DNA from: Candidatus Omnitrophota bacterium
GTDB taxonomy: Bacteria; Omnitrophota; Gorgyraeia; JABMRG01
DNA: 64,000 nt
NCBI GenBank assembly: GCA_028716165.1
Contig: JAQUQI010000002.1
Coordinates: forward strand, 183,829-247,828
Reading direction: 5' to 3'
Position numbers and translations under genes: made by a program. Every line of letters starts with the position of its first letter. Positions within the stretch are counted from its first letter, which is position 1. The notes under the pieces were generated by a model. The model was not told the origin of the DNA. It made no database searches and was given only the letters and a program-made list of their open reading frames with translations. Below, one piece after another: positions 38,972-51,800 of this stretch.

Positions 38972-41900
38972 CTATACCCATACGCTTACAGCCCCTTCAC
39001 CCACCAGAGACTCAATCTCGCCGATAAGAGCGTCTGTCGGCAGAACCGACAGGTCCTTTCCGGCGGCCATCTGCACCTTCTTTTTATCAGGCGTAGTAAA
39101 ATTTATATAAACAGGCGTTTGGCCCTTATGCTTTTTTAATATATCATTAAGTTTAGCAAGGGTCTGCTGTTCCATGGCCGTGGTGACAAGCTCTATAGAC
39201 AAGGCCTGGGTATATTTGTTCCTTGCCTCCTCAAGCGGCAGGACCTCTTCCGCGATGATCTTGGGGCTGTCCTCCCTAAGATTGACCTTGCCCCTTACAA
39301 AAACAATATTATCTTCCGCTATGTTTTTTTCAGCGTCTTTAAATGTCCGGGGAAAGACAAGGACCTCAACAGTTCCTTTCAAATCCTCAAGGCGCAATAT
39401 GGCCATCTTTTCATTGTTTCGTTTCGTAAACGTGTATTTTGCCTTTGTTATAATACCGCCGATAGATGCCTCATCGCCGTCGTGTAAATGGCCGAGTGTC
39501 TGGGTTGTTGATGAGGCGTAAAGCTTGAGGCTCTTTTCATATGTGGCAAGCGGATGGCTTGAGATATAAAATCCCAGCAATCCCTTTTCAAAGGCAAGAA
39601 GCTGTGACTCAGGCCATTCCTTTACGTCGGGGGCCTGCTGGAAATGCGATTTATATTTATCATCGGGTTCCATTCCGTCAAATAAAGAAAATTGGCCGCT
39701 TAAGCGGTCTTTTTGCAGGACGCCGGCAACCTCAAGGGCATGGTCAAGCATGGCCGTCATCTGCGAACGGTGAAGTTTGAAGCTGTCCATAGCGCCGCAC
39801 TTTATCAGGCTTTCTATCACTTTCCTGTTTACAAGCCTTAGGTCAACGTGTTCGGTAAAATCATAAAGATTTTGGAAACTTCCTTTATTCTTCCTTGCTG
39901 AAACTATGGAATCAATGGCGCCTTCACCGACATTCTTTACCGCCCCCAGGCCAAAACGTATGCTCTTATTGACAACCGTAAAATGCGCGAAGCTCTCATT
40001 TACATCGGGCGGCAAAACACCGATATTCATGCGCTGGCATTCCTCTATATACTGCGCTACCTTATCGGTATTATCGCGCTCGCTTGTCAGAAGCGCTGCC
40101 ATGAATTCAACCGGATAATGCGCCTTGAGATAGGCCGTTCTGTATGAGATCAAAGCATATGCCGCCGAATGGCTTTTATTGAAACCGTAGTTTGAAAAAT
40201 ATTCTATAAGGCTGAACACCTTATCCGCTATTGCCTTGTCCACATTGTGCTGTTGACAGCCGTCTATAAAATGCTTTCTCTGCTGTTGTATTACCTCCGG
40301 GTCTTTCTTGCTTATGGCCCGCCTTAGAAGGTCCGCCTGCGAGAGGCTGAAGCCCGCCAGCCTGTTAACTATCTGCATGACCTGTTCCTGATACAGTATG
40401 ATACCGTGCGTGGCCTTCAAAATCGGTTCAAGGAGCGGGTGGTCGTATTTGACGCGCAGGCGGCCGTGTTTTCTGTTGATAAAATCATCAACCATGCCGC
40501 TTCCTATAGGCCCCGGCCTGTATAATGCCAAAAGGGCTATTATGTCCTCAAAAACAGCGGGCTTGAGCTTTCTTAAAATGTCCCGCATGCCGCGGCTTTC
40601 AACCTGGAACACGCCTGATGATTCAGCCTGTTGAAGCAGTTTATATGTCTGCTTGTCATTAAGCGGTATATTTTTTATGTCAAGGTCTTTGGACTGCGTG
40701 CGCTTGATTATCTTTACCGCCTGGTCTATTACCGTAAGCGTTTTAAGCCCGAGAAAATCCATCTTGAGAAGGCCTATCTTCTCAAGCGAACCCATAGGAT
40801 AGCCTGTTGAGATCTGGTCGTCGTTTGTCTTAAACAGGGGTATATGGCTTGACAGCTTTTTATCGCTTATGACAACTCCGGCGGCATGCGTTGAGGCGTG
40901 GCGCGTAACACCTTCCAGCGTGCTTGCTATATCAATGAGCTCGGTCACCCGCTTATCGTTCTTATACATCTGCATAAGCTCGGGCTCCTGCCTTAATGCC
41001 TGCTCTATGGTAATATTCAGGTCATTAGGGACAAGCTTGGCTATCCTGTCCGCGTCGGAATACGTAAAACCCAGCACCCTGGCAACATCTCTGATTGAGC
41101 CTTTTGCCATCATAGTGCCGAAGGTTATTATCTGCGCGACATTTTCATCTCCGTATTTATGCCTGACATATTGAATTACCTCGTCACGCCTTTCATAGCA
41201 AAAATCAATATCTATATCGGGCAGGCTTATGCGCTCGGGGTTTAAAAACCTCTCAAAAAGCAGATTGTATTTTAACGGGTCAAGGTCTGTTATGTCCAGG
41301 CAATAGCTTACGACACTGCCCGCCGCGCTTCCCCTGCCCGGGCCTATGGGTATATTATTTTCCTTGGCATAACGTATAAAATCCCAGACAATCAAAAAAT
41401 AGCTGATAAAGCCGCTGTCGGCTATTACCTTCAGTTCGTTTTCTATCCTTGACTCTACCTGGCTGTCGTGTTCGGCATATTTCTTCTTCATGCCTTCATA
41501 AACAAGCCCTTTAAGATATTCCCTGCCGTCTTTTCCGTCGGGCGGGCTAAACTTGGGCAAATGTTTGCTTTTGAGGTCAAGTTTCAGGTCGCATTTTTCG
41601 GCAATAACAAGGGTATTGCTTATCGCTTCAGGCGTATCACGGAAAAGCCTGTTCATTTCCTCCGGAGTCTTTAGATAAAATTCATCTGTCTGCATCTTCA
41701 TTCTATCCGGATCTTCAAGGGTTGTCTGGGTCTGTATGGCAAGTAAAGCTTCCTGGGCTCTGGCATGCTGGCGCTGTAGATAGTGGCAGTCGTTCGTCGC
41801 GACAAGGCCTATGCCCAGCGCCTTGGACATCCGGATCAGGTGAGCATTCACCCTTATCTGTTCGGGTATGCCGTGGTCCATCATTTCAAGGTAAAAATTG

Positions 41901-42415
41901 CCTTTACCGAACAGCTCATTAAATTCTCCGGCAACACGCTCGGCAGGCTCCTGCTGGCCCGCATTCAAAAGGTGGGCTATTTCACCTTTAAGGCAGGCGC
42001 TTGTGCATATAAGGCCTTTGGAATGGGCGGCTAATGTTTCTTTATCAATACGGGGCCTGTAATAAAACCCTTCAAGGTATCCTATGCTGACAAGCTCCAT
42101 AAGGTTATGATAGCCTGTTTCATCCCGGGCAAGTAATACAAGGTGATAGGCCGCGTCATGGATACCGTGGCTGGATTTATCAAATCTGCTGGCAGGCGCC
42201 ATATACATCTCGCATCCGATTATGGGCTTGATACCCGCTTCTTTACAAAGCAGGTAGAACTCAATGGCGCCGAACATATTCCCATGGTCGGTTATGGCGA
42301 TAGAAGGCATATTATAAAGCTGGACAAGCTTGATAAGTTCGGTCAATAATGAGGCGCCGTCAAGAAGGCTGTATTGCGTATGATTGTGAAGATGGACAAA
42401 TTGAGAATTTTTCAT
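38972..42415 (-). CDS. dnaE: DNA polymerase III alpha subunit
   Basis: 1147 aa. N-terminal PHP domain (FVHLHNHTQYSLLDG), polymerase core and C-terminal OB domain. Confidence 0.9.
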   Translation of the reverse strand: MKNSQFVHLHNHTQYSLLDGASLLTELIKLVQLYNMPSIAITDHGNMFGAIEFYLLCKEAGIKPIIGCEMYMAPASRFDKSSHGIHDAAYHLVLLARDETGYHNLMELVSIGYLEGFYYRPRIDKETLAAHSKGLICTSACLKGEIAHLLNAGQQEPAERVAGEFNELFGKGNFYLEMMDHGIPEQIRVNAHLIRMSKALGIGLVATNDCHYLQRQHARAQEALLAIQTQTTLEDPDRMKMQTDEFYLKTPEEMNRLFRDTPEAISNTLVIAEKCDLKLDLKSKHLPKFSPPDGKDGREYLKGLVYEGMKKKYAEHDSQVESRIENELKVIADSGFISYFLIVWDFIRYAKENNIPIGPGRGSAAGSVVSYCLDITDLDPLKYNLLFERFLNPERISLPDIDIDFCYERRDEVIQYVRHKYGDENVAQIITFGTMMAKGSIRDVARVLGFTYSDADRIAKLVPNDLNITIEQALRQEPELMQMYKNDKRVTELIDIASTLEGVTRHASTHAAGVVISDKKLSSHIPLFKTNDDQISTGYPMGSLEKIGLLKMDFLGLKTLTVIDQAVKIIKRTQSKDLDIKNIPLNDKQTYKLLQQAESSGVFQVESRGMRDILRKLKPAVFEDIIALLALYRPGPIGSGMVDDFINRKHGRLRVKYDHPLLEPILKATHGIILYQEQVMQIVNRLAGFSLSQADLLRRAISKKDPEVIQQQRKHFIDGCQQHNVDKAIADKVFSLIEYFSNYGFNKSHSAAYALISYRTAYLKAHYPVEFMAALLTSERDNTDKVAQYIEECQRMNIGVLPPDVNESFAHFTVVNKSIRFGLGAVKNVGEGAIDSIVSARKNKGSFQNLYDFTEHVDLRLVNRKVIESLIKCGAMDSFKLHRSQMTAMLDHALEVAGVLQKDRLSGQFSLFDGMEPDDKYKSHFQQAPDVKEWPESQLLAFEKGLLGFYISSHPLATYEKSLKLYASSTTQTLGHLHDGDEASIGGIITKAKYTFTKRNNEKMAILRLEDLKGTVEVLVFPRTFKDAEKNIAEDNIVFVRGKVNLREDSPKIIAEEVLPLEEARNKYTQALSIELVTTAMEQQTLAKLNDILKKHKGQTPVYINFTTPDKKKVQMAAGKDLSVLPTDALIGEIESLVGEGAVSVWV

Positions 42416-42518
42416 TGGAAACTTTTGTCAGGTTTTATCAGTTCATATGCCGGTTAAAAAGCAACAATACTTAATGTTATATTATGTTAATCTGTTTGTC
42501 AAGTTAAACCAGCATAAT

Positions 42519-42892
42519 GGCCGCTCCGCGTGTCATCCAGAGCGGCGATAATTGGGGCAAGAGTCGTTAGCGAAGGATCTGGGAATGAAGCGTGCGTCAT
42601 CCAGAGCGGCGATAATTGGGGCAAGAGTCGTTAGCGAAGGATCTGGGAATGAAATGAGTACTGGATTCTTCGTCGCGCCTTCGGCGCTCCTCTGAATGAC
42701 AAAGTGATGCGCCTGTCATCCAGAGCGGCACGAGTCGGGGTCAGAGTAGGCCGCGAAGGATCTGGGAGTGAAATGAGTACTGGATTCTTCGTCGCGCCTT
42801 CGGCGCTCCTCTGAATGACAGAAGTGGTGTTCGCAATGACAGAAGTGACGTTCGCAATGACAGAAGTGACGTTCGCAATGACACCAGATAAT
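42519..42892. repeat. Mosaic repeat array 10, with a ~64-bp tandem duplication (42527-42655) and 3 x 21-bp tandem units GACAGAAGTGACGTTCGCAAT (42827-42889)
   Basis: Direct reading. Lies between the dnaE start and the IMPDH-like stop. Confidence 0.85.
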
Positions 42893-44058
42893 TAACTTGA
42901 CGTCCCCATACCGATACCCTGGGCTTTCTGAAATACCTTACCCTCTGTCTGTATGGACGGGGCTATTATAAGCTCAACAGCATTCATTTCTTTGATATTA
43001 CGCGCGCCAAGATTGCCCATAGATGTCATAAGAGCGCCCATAAGGTTCTGTGAACCGTCATCAAGCCTTGCAGGGCCGTATAAGATCTCTTTTAATGTGC
43101 CTGTAGTTCCGACCCGTATCCTTGTTCCGCGCGGAAGATTCGCATGCGGGGTTGCCATGCCCCAGTGATAACCTCTGCCCGGCGCTTCTTTTGCCCTGGC
43201 AAAAGCAGAGCCGACCATGACCGCGTCGGCACCGGAGGCAAATGCCTTGCATATTTCCCCGCCCCTGGACATGCCGCCATCGGTAATGATTGCCACGTAT
43301 CTTTTTTTGCGCTTAAAATAACAATCTCTTGCCGCCGCGCAGTCGGCCGTAGCCGTTACTTGCGGCACTCCGATACCCAGCACGCCTCGTGTAGTGCATG
43401 CCGCGCCCGGGCCTATGCCAACAAGCAGGCCTTCTATTCCCGTATCCATCAGTTCAAGGGCTGTTTTATAACTACAGGTATTTCCAACGATAACAGGTAG
43501 TTTCAGCTTTGAACAGAATTTCCTGAAGTCAAGTACCTTGTATTCTTTTGTGATGTGTTTTACCGTTGTAACGGTTGACTGGACGATAAATATATCTGCC
43601 CCGGCTGACTGGGCAATCTGTCCGAATCTTTCGGCGCGCTGGGGTATAGAACTTACAACAGCGGGAACATTGGCGCGCTTAATCTCACATATCCTCTTTT
43701 CAATAAGCTCTTCTTTGATGGGCTTTGTGTATAATGACTGAACCAATTCAGTCGCCTTCTGCGGGCTGGCCTTGGCTATCTTGTCAAGAACCTGGCAGGG
43801 GTCTTCATAGCGGGTCTGGACACCTTCAAGGTTTAACACGGCAAAACCGCCAAGCTTGCCGAATTCAACTGCAAAGTTGACATCCACGACTCCGTCCATG
43901 GCGGCCGCGATTATAGGCACCTTGAATTTCAGCCTTCCCAGCATCCATGTCGTATCAACTTCATTAGGGTTTACGGTCACATCACCGGGCACAAGAGCCA
44001 CCTCATCAAATCCATAACAGCGCCGGGCTTTTCTGTCTTTTCCAATCCATTCACCCAT
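42892..44058 (-). CDS. IMP dehydrogenase/GMP reductase family protein (short form, apparently lacking the CBS/Bateman subdomain)
   Basis: 388 aa. Catalytic loop GIGPGAACTTR, GVPQVTA and GGMSRGGEICKAFASGADAVMVGS. About 100 aa shorter than canonical GuaB. Confidence 0.7.
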   Translation of the reverse strand: MGEWIGKDRKARRCYGFDEVALVPGDVTVNPNEVDTTWMLGRLKFKVPIIAAAMDGVVDVNFAVEFGKLGGFAVLNLEGVQTRYEDPCQVLDKIAKASPQKATELVQSLYTKPIKEELIEKRICEIKRANVPAVVSSIPQRAERFGQIAQSAGADIFIVQSTVTTVKHITKEYKVLDFRKFCSKLKLPVIVGNTCSYKTALELMDTGIEGLLVGIGPGAACTTRGVLGIGVPQVTATADCAAARDCYFKRKKRYVAIITDGGMSRGGEICKAFASGADAVMVGSAFARAKEAPGRGYHWGMATPHANLPRGTRIRVGTTGTLKEILYGPARLDDGSQNLMGALMTSMGNLGARNIKEMNAVELIIAPSIQTEGKVFQKAQGIGMGTSS

Positions 44059-44169
44059 TATAAACTCCTTGATTTATTGATTGTTTTGTTATCATATCTA
44101 AACGGATGATATTTGTCAAGCTTGTTTTTGGGCGCGTATTTTAATATATATTTAAAGCCATAAAATTTT

Positions 44170-45635
44170 CTACGGCCGTTCATTTTTAAGCGTAGAGGCG
44201 AGATATTTATTGAAGTTTGAATCCATTCTTTCAACGCTGTTGGCATAGGCTTTGGTAAACGCCTTCTGCCAGGGCTTTATTACCTTTAATTCATAAAAAA
44301 ATCTTTTAAGTTTATACGGGCCGTATTTTTCATAAAGGTAAGAAAAAAACATCCTTGACTGAAGGTATGCCGCGGTAATGGCCTGGCGCGAATCTTTATA
44401 TGAGAACATACCGTCAATGAGCTCAAGGCTGAAGGGGCCGTTGGCCTTCATATACCCGGCGAGGAATACCCTGTCCTGGGCAGTTATGGCGGAATCAGGC
44501 TCATTAAACTGCGCGAAACCCTCGTTCAGCCAAACCGGTACATCAGCGCCTAAATTTAGATACAGGACGGCATGAGAATATTCATGAAACAGCAAACGCT
44601 TTAAATTTTTATCATCACGCGATATGTCCTGATACCTAAGGCGTATCTTACCGTCATAAAGGCCCTGCGTCCAGCTCGGCTGGTCCGTGGCCTGCTCAAA
44701 CTGGCCGTCATCATATATGATCACGGGTATAATCTCTTCGGAGGATAAACCATATTTATCGCGCAGGGCTTTTCTGGCCTCGTTTAAAATATTTAATATA
44801 ATGCCGGCGTATTCAGCTCCGATATCTTTGTCAAATCGTATCTTGAAATAACTCTTCGCCTTTGTGCCGAATCCGCTCTCAACCGGCCGCTCTCTTTCCA
44901 GCGCCTCCACGCGTTTTTTGATATCGGGGTTTTGCGGGTCAAGAGTATGGGCGCGTTTAAGATATTTCAGGGCATCGCCAAATTTGTCCTGATTGTAATA
45001 GAGATTACCGGCAACTATACAAGCCGCGGCGTCATTGGGCATAAGCGAAACAGCCTCAAGCGCCCTGGCCAGGGCCTTGTCATAGCGCTTATTTTTTTGA
45101 AGATAGCCGGAATAATTCAGCAATATAACATAAAGGTTTTTCTTTAATACATCATCAAGCGGCAGATATTTTAGCCCCTGCCTGATATTGTCAAGAGCTG
45201 ATTCGTATTCGTTGGAATTGGCAAGCTTTAGCGCGAAATTATTATAAAGCGCTGACAACTGCTTTCTGATATACTCATCATCAGGGGCTAGTTTAAAAGC
45301 GCGCAGGCTGTTCCCTATAGCCTCTTCGTCGCGGCCCTGCCGGGCATATACCGCGGCCATATTATGATAGGCATTGCTTAAATTTTTTTTAATCGTGACA
45401 TTTGCCGGTTCATTTTGCAGGGCATATTCAAAATAAGTTATCGCCTGCCTGAAATCATTATTGCGCATGCTTTCCCGGCCTTTTTTTGCAAAATCATCGG
45501 CTATGTCCGCACAGGCGGCAGAGGGCAAAAGAAAAACAGCAAAGGCCAGGCAAAAAGCCCTTAATAAAACAGCGGGGCGCGTATCACGCCGCCCCGCTGT
45601 TTTGCCATCTTGCATATGATGGGACTTGGAAAACA

Positions 45636-45636
<1 letters not shown>
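44170..45636 (-). CDS. Secreted TPR-repeat protein with C-terminal HExxH (putative metallopeptidase-like) domain
   Basis: 488 aa. Signal peptide ending SAACA, multiple TPR units, FHEYSHAVLY near the C-terminal third. Start codon overlaps the groEL stop (translational coupling). Confidence 0.5.
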
Positions 45637-47288
<1,652 letters not shown>

Positions 47289-47347
47289 TTAAAATTTTCC
47301 GCAAACCGCGTTTTTTGCAAAAAGCCGGTCCGCCGTGTTTTTAAACA

Positions 47348-47635
47348 CTATTTTACTATAGCAAGAATATCTTCTTCCTTTACGATAAGCATGTCTTCGC
47401 CGTCAATCTTTATCTCGGTGCCAGAGTATTTTCCATAAAGCACCTTGTCTCCGACCTTTACTTCCAGAGAGATAAGTTTTCCATCCTCTGTCTTGCCTTT
47501 TCCTACTGCTATCACTTTGCCTTCCTGCTGTTTTTCTTTAGCGGTATCAGGTAAAATAATACCACCCTTTGTCTTTTCTTCAGCCTCTAATGGCTGGACA
47601 AGGACCCTGTCGCCTAATGGTTGAATCTTTGCCAT
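47348..47635 (-). CDS. groES: Co-chaperonin GroES (Cpn10)
   Basis: 95 aa. Perfect SD AAGGAGGTG 5 nt upstream. Mobile-loop and roof-hairpin pattern. Confidence 0.95.
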   Translation of the reverse strand: MAKIQPLGDRVLVQPLEAEEKTKGGIILPDTAKEKQQEGKVIAVGKGKTEDGKLISLEVKVGDKVLYGKYSGTEIKIDGEDMLIVKEEDILAIVK

Positions 47636-47667
47636 TTTTGCACCTCCTTATGCTTTTTTGGCTATTG

Positions 47668-47694
47668 TTAGCACTCGCAATTGATGAGTGCTAA
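47668..47694. promoter_or_regulatory. CIRCE operator (HrcA binding site): TTAGCACTC-N9-GAGTGCTAA, perfect match to consensus
   Basis: TTAGCACTCgcaattgatGAGTGCTAA. 33 nt upstream of the groES start, downstream of the predicted promoter. Confidence 0.9.
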
Positions 47695-47753
47695 ATTTTA
47701 ATATACACATCATCATATCCGATTACATTGATTATTTTTTGTTCAGGAATTGG

Positions 47754-47781
47754 ATTATAGCAAATTCTGAAATTTTGTCAA
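47754..47781 (-). promoter_or_regulatory. Sigma-70 promoter for groESL: -35 TTGACA (47781-47776), 16-nt spacer, extended -10 TGcTATAAT (47762-47754)
   Basis: The minus strand reads cTTGACAaaatttcagaatTGcTATAATcc. Located 120-145 nt upstream of groES, with CIRCE between it and the RBS. Confidence 0.7.
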
Positions 47782-48026
47782 GAATTTTTTTTGCGGGAAT
47801 TTTTAAGATTTTTTGCGGATTTTTTTTAGGGCTTCTTAAAACAAATTTTTAACTTACCGCGTAGTCTTGAGAGATATAGTATCACGATAATCCGCCAGGA
47901 GACGTAAAGCAGTCTCTTGCGTAAGCGTCATTATACCGACGCGTAACACGCAGTATCTGCGTAAACGTCTCCACGCTTTTCGGGGTTTCTTAAACCCATA
48001 CCGGTTTATGCGCATGACACAGCTTT

Positions 48027-48413
48027 TCATACTGACGAGAGATGGCATTTGGCTGAATACACCTCTTTGGCTACTTTGTCAATCACGGCCTTATTATCTT
48101 CTCCTATGGTTGAGAATTCGGCCGCTACATGATAAAGCGCCGGGTATTTGGTGCTGACAACCTTTTCATTGCGTATTACCGTCCCTATGCAGTTGATAGG
48201 CTCCTTTGTGAAAGGAAATACTATCTTAAGCTGTATCTGGGTTCCTACAGGTATAGGCCTGTCATAATTAAAGAGCATGCCGCCCGCGCCAAGGTCTCTG
48301 GCTGTAACAATGTCCCAGTCTTTTGGAAGCGGTGGAACAGTGTTAGGGTGCATGAACTTAAACCATGACATGAACGCCCTGACAATCCTTGGATACTTAC
48401 GCTTGTCTATCAT
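48027..48413 (-). CDS. Single-domain PilZ protein (c-di-GMP receptor candidate)
   Basis: 128 aa. RKYPR (RxxxR) and DLGAGG (DxSxxG-like) motifs. Lies directly between the giant gene and groESL. Confidence 0.6.
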   Translation of the reverse strand: MIDKRKYPRIVRAFMSWFKFMHPNTVPPLPKDWDIVTARDLGAGGMLFNYDRPIPVGTQIQLKIVFPFTKEPINCIGTVIRNEKVVSTKYPALYHVAAEFSTIGEDNKAVIDKVAKEVYSAKCHLSSV

Positions 48414-48464
48414 AGTTCACCTCCTTCCTGTATCAGATTTCAAGTGAATACTCTATACTGTTTT

Positions 48465-48853
48465 ACTTGTCATTGCGAGTATTTTCGCTGTCATTCCGAG
48501 CGAAGCGAGGAATCTAATACTGACTTCACTCCCAGATCCTTCGCTAACGACTCGTGCCTCGCCTTCCGCCGCTCTGGATGACAGGCGTATGACGCTTGCC
48601 TCGCCTTCCGCCGCTCTGGATGACGCACGGGTCACTCCCAGATCCTTCGCGACCGAGGCGTGCTTTGCCTTCTGTCGCTCTGGATGACGCACGGGTCACT
48701 CCCAGATCCTTCGCTAACGACTCGTACCTCGCCTTCCGCCGCTCTGGATGACAGGCGTATGACGCTTGCCTCGCCTTCCGCCGCTCTGGATGACAGGCGG
48801 GTCACTTTGTCATTCAGAGGAGCGCCGAAGGCGCGACGAGGAATCTAATACTG
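48465..48853. repeat. Mosaic repeat array 11, immediately 3' of the giant gene
   Basis: Direct reading. Contains internal duplications: 48530-48600 resembles 48700-48790. ORFs 48453..48692, 48660..48848 and 48766..49065 (5' part) are repeat-derived. Confidence 0.85.
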
Positions 48854-48892
48854 CCGCTCCGGCCGACCCAATAACCGTATTTTTCTCCTTTT

Positions 48893-51800
48893 TTATACTG
48901 CCTGTTTTATCATATTGCCTATGCGCTCAATCGTCTCTCTGTCAACAGGCTTTATCTTTACCACGCCTTCAAGAGAATCGGCATTGGCAAACATATAACG
49001 CATCTCCTCATCAGAAATACCAATATCAATACCCGCATTTCTCAAATTCTCGGCAAACTGCCTAAACGGCATCTGGAATACAGCAAAGATAACCTGGACC
49101 GCCGTAACCATATTGTCCGCCGTCTCAAAGCCCTTCTCAACCTCAACATATCTTATATGTTCCGCGCGAATATCCACCATTTCACCGGCATCCGAATAGA
49201 CAATTGTAGCGGCATTTACCGGTTCAAGCCCGGCCACGCCCTTGGCTTTTACGCCGTAGGCGCCTAATAGCTTTATGGCATCATGGCTGTTATTGCCATA
49301 AACACTTATATTGAGCATATCCTGTTCTTCCTGCGGCAGATTATTTACGATAGCGCCTAATGTTATTGCCAATGATTCGGTTACGGTATTAGCTTCAAAC
49401 ACATAGGCATTGCCTGTTGCTATGTTCATATATTGAGGCTTTTCAATAGCGGCAATAACCAGCTTTGATATGGCAAGCACCATATCCTGCGTCAATTCGC
49501 CCTTGACTTCAAACTGGCTCATCCTGGGCTTGATTACCATTATGTCAAATATAGGATTGACAAATCCATTCCTAATGCCTTGGGGAAGGCCTTCTATATC
49601 GCTTAAATCCCTCTCCAGAGCCTCTATGGTTTCGCCCTTTCGCTTATTGATATCAATGGTTTTTGACAGTGCCGCAACAAGTTCCTGTCTCTCGCTGGGA
49701 TCTATTATCCGCTGTTTTACCAGATCAAGGTTACCCATTATTATGCCGAGATCTTCATAAAGCTTTTTGACCTGCTTTATTGTAACGCCAAGATAATCAG
49801 CCTGCGCGCCAAAAGGATCACTGCCCGCTCTTGCCGCGGCTATACCAGCCAGTATTGAAGATAGTATTGCGGCGCCATTACTGCCGAACAGGCCTAATGC
49901 CTCAATAAGCAATACAGGCATCTGAATCCTCTCGCCCAATTCGGTTATGCCTAATCCGGCAAAACCATCATGAGGCTTATTAGACGAGAGAACAAGGTCA
50001 ACATTATTATCTTTTATAATGCCGGCTATCCGTGAAGCAATAAGCGGGTCAAAGCCTGCCAAGGCGTCCTGCGCGCTTACTATGCCTGCCGACGCCTGCT
50101 TAGCTGTCGGGATTGCGGCTGACGCTGCTTTATTGGTTAGCGAAGCTAATAGTTCAGAATCAAGCATTTTCTCAATACCCGCTATCTCATTTGCCAGTTG
50201 CGCTACTTCATCAGGCGTCAAATTCCCTTTTGTTTTTGCAATAAGACCGTCAATATTAATATTCATCGCTTGGAGTATATTCTTATTATTATTAAGTTCC
50301 GCCGCGCGGCTCTCTAACGCGAATTTGGCTATAAGATTATATATTTTATCTTTGAGCCCTACAAAGTCCGGGGTTTCTTCCGCCATCTCTTTTGCTATAG
50401 CATCAGCAATGTCAGCGCGCAGAGACTCATTACCTTCTATAATTTCAATATCATAAGGAAGCGGTCTTGTGTTATTGTTACTGCTTCTTTGAGCCATGCT
50501 ATTTGTAATCTTTTCAACTACCCGCTTCCAGTCAGTTATCAATGATCTCTTGCCGGTTGCGTCGTCTTTATCCGTGAAATCCCTGATATGGCCTGCCAGG
50601 CCAGTCTTGCCTGTCATCAGGCTCGCGTTCCTTATAAGGCCGCTTACTTCCTGCTTGAGATCAGCTATCTCTTTTTCCTCTAAACTGTATAATATCTTTT
50701 CAAGATTATAGTCAATGGCAGTATAATTGCGCAATTCCTCGGCAATCTGCTGGAAGGGTTTGGATATATCGTCCGTATGCGAAAGCTCATGGATGAGTGT
50801 TTCAAATATAAGATATGATGCCGCTCTCTTGCCTTTTGATGTATCAAGTGACATCATACCTGACATGGTCCTGACCCATTGATCTGAAAGCTCTATTGTA
50901 GCTAGGCTATTGCCTTCTTCCTCAAAGGTTACCCTAAGGTTTACATCCTTGTCGGCAATACTGCCGATATCATTGCGATTGACCCTCCTTATAACAATTC
51001 CTCCCTGGTTGTTGTCATCTCTATAGCCGGAGCCGTATTTGGCCGCGTGCATAATAGCATCAAAGAGTTTCTGCAAGTCAGGATTATCTTTTATAAGCTC
51101 CTTTAATATATTAACGGCATCCTCTGTGCCTGCCATTATAAGCTCTATCAGCTCCACGTCTTTTTCACTTCCATCCTTGACTACAACAAACTTATCGTTT
51201 TCGTCAATAGTGAGCTTGATGCCATTACCGGCTGATTTTGTAAAATCGCTGTAAAGGTCAAGTTCGCTGTTGGGTATCGGGATAGGTCTAGTAGATAATG
51301 CCGGACCTTCTTTAGAATATACATCTTCAGCCAGCTCATGCACATCAGTATATGATAAAGGCGCGGCGCCTGTTTCAGCAAGGAAAAGTTTCTTGACTAT
51401 GGCTACAAGCACTTCTATTTCGGTAGGTGTTAACGTGATCTTGCCCACAGCCTTTGCCCACGCTTTGATATATTCCTCCGCCTTGTCAGCCATTCCCATA
51501 CTATCATAGGCGCCTGCATCATTGATATTATCTTTTTGAGAATAAAAGTCTACCATCAGCCTGGCCGCTTTTTCAAGGTCTTTAATGCCCGGCTTATAAC
51601 CAGCTACTGCCTGGGAACGAATTTCATCCATTGCTTTGCCGATATCAGGTAAAAACACGCATTCAAGGGCTATTTTTACTTCATCACTAAAGTTTAAGCT
51701 ATCTATCGCAGATAAGAGTTTATCTCTGCCGGCCGTGATATTATTAAAGAAGTCGTGCTTTATTATGCCCTTTTGGTTAAGCTCAATAAGCCTGTTCTTT

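Noticed and set aside
42420-42510. Possible dnaE promoter (TTGACA at ~42501-42496 on the minus strand)
   Set aside because: There is a good -35 hexamer, but only a weak -10 (TAACAT or CATAAT at non-optimal spacing). This is not enough to annotate.
47854-48048. 64-aa minus-strand ORF between PilZ and the groESL promoter
   Set aside because: It has Arg-rich low-complexity translation and overlaps the PilZ stop. The DNA instead shows inverted repeats and short motif repeats, so it is treated as a structured non-coding region.
50777-50791. HELSH motif in the giant protein as evidence for a zinc metalloprotease domain
   Set aside because: A bare HExxH pentapeptide is expected by chance at roughly 0.1-0.5 occurrences in a 5,000-aa protein of this composition. 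No convincing third ligand or surrounding zincin fold could be recognised by eye. It is kept only as a note inside the giant-gene finding.
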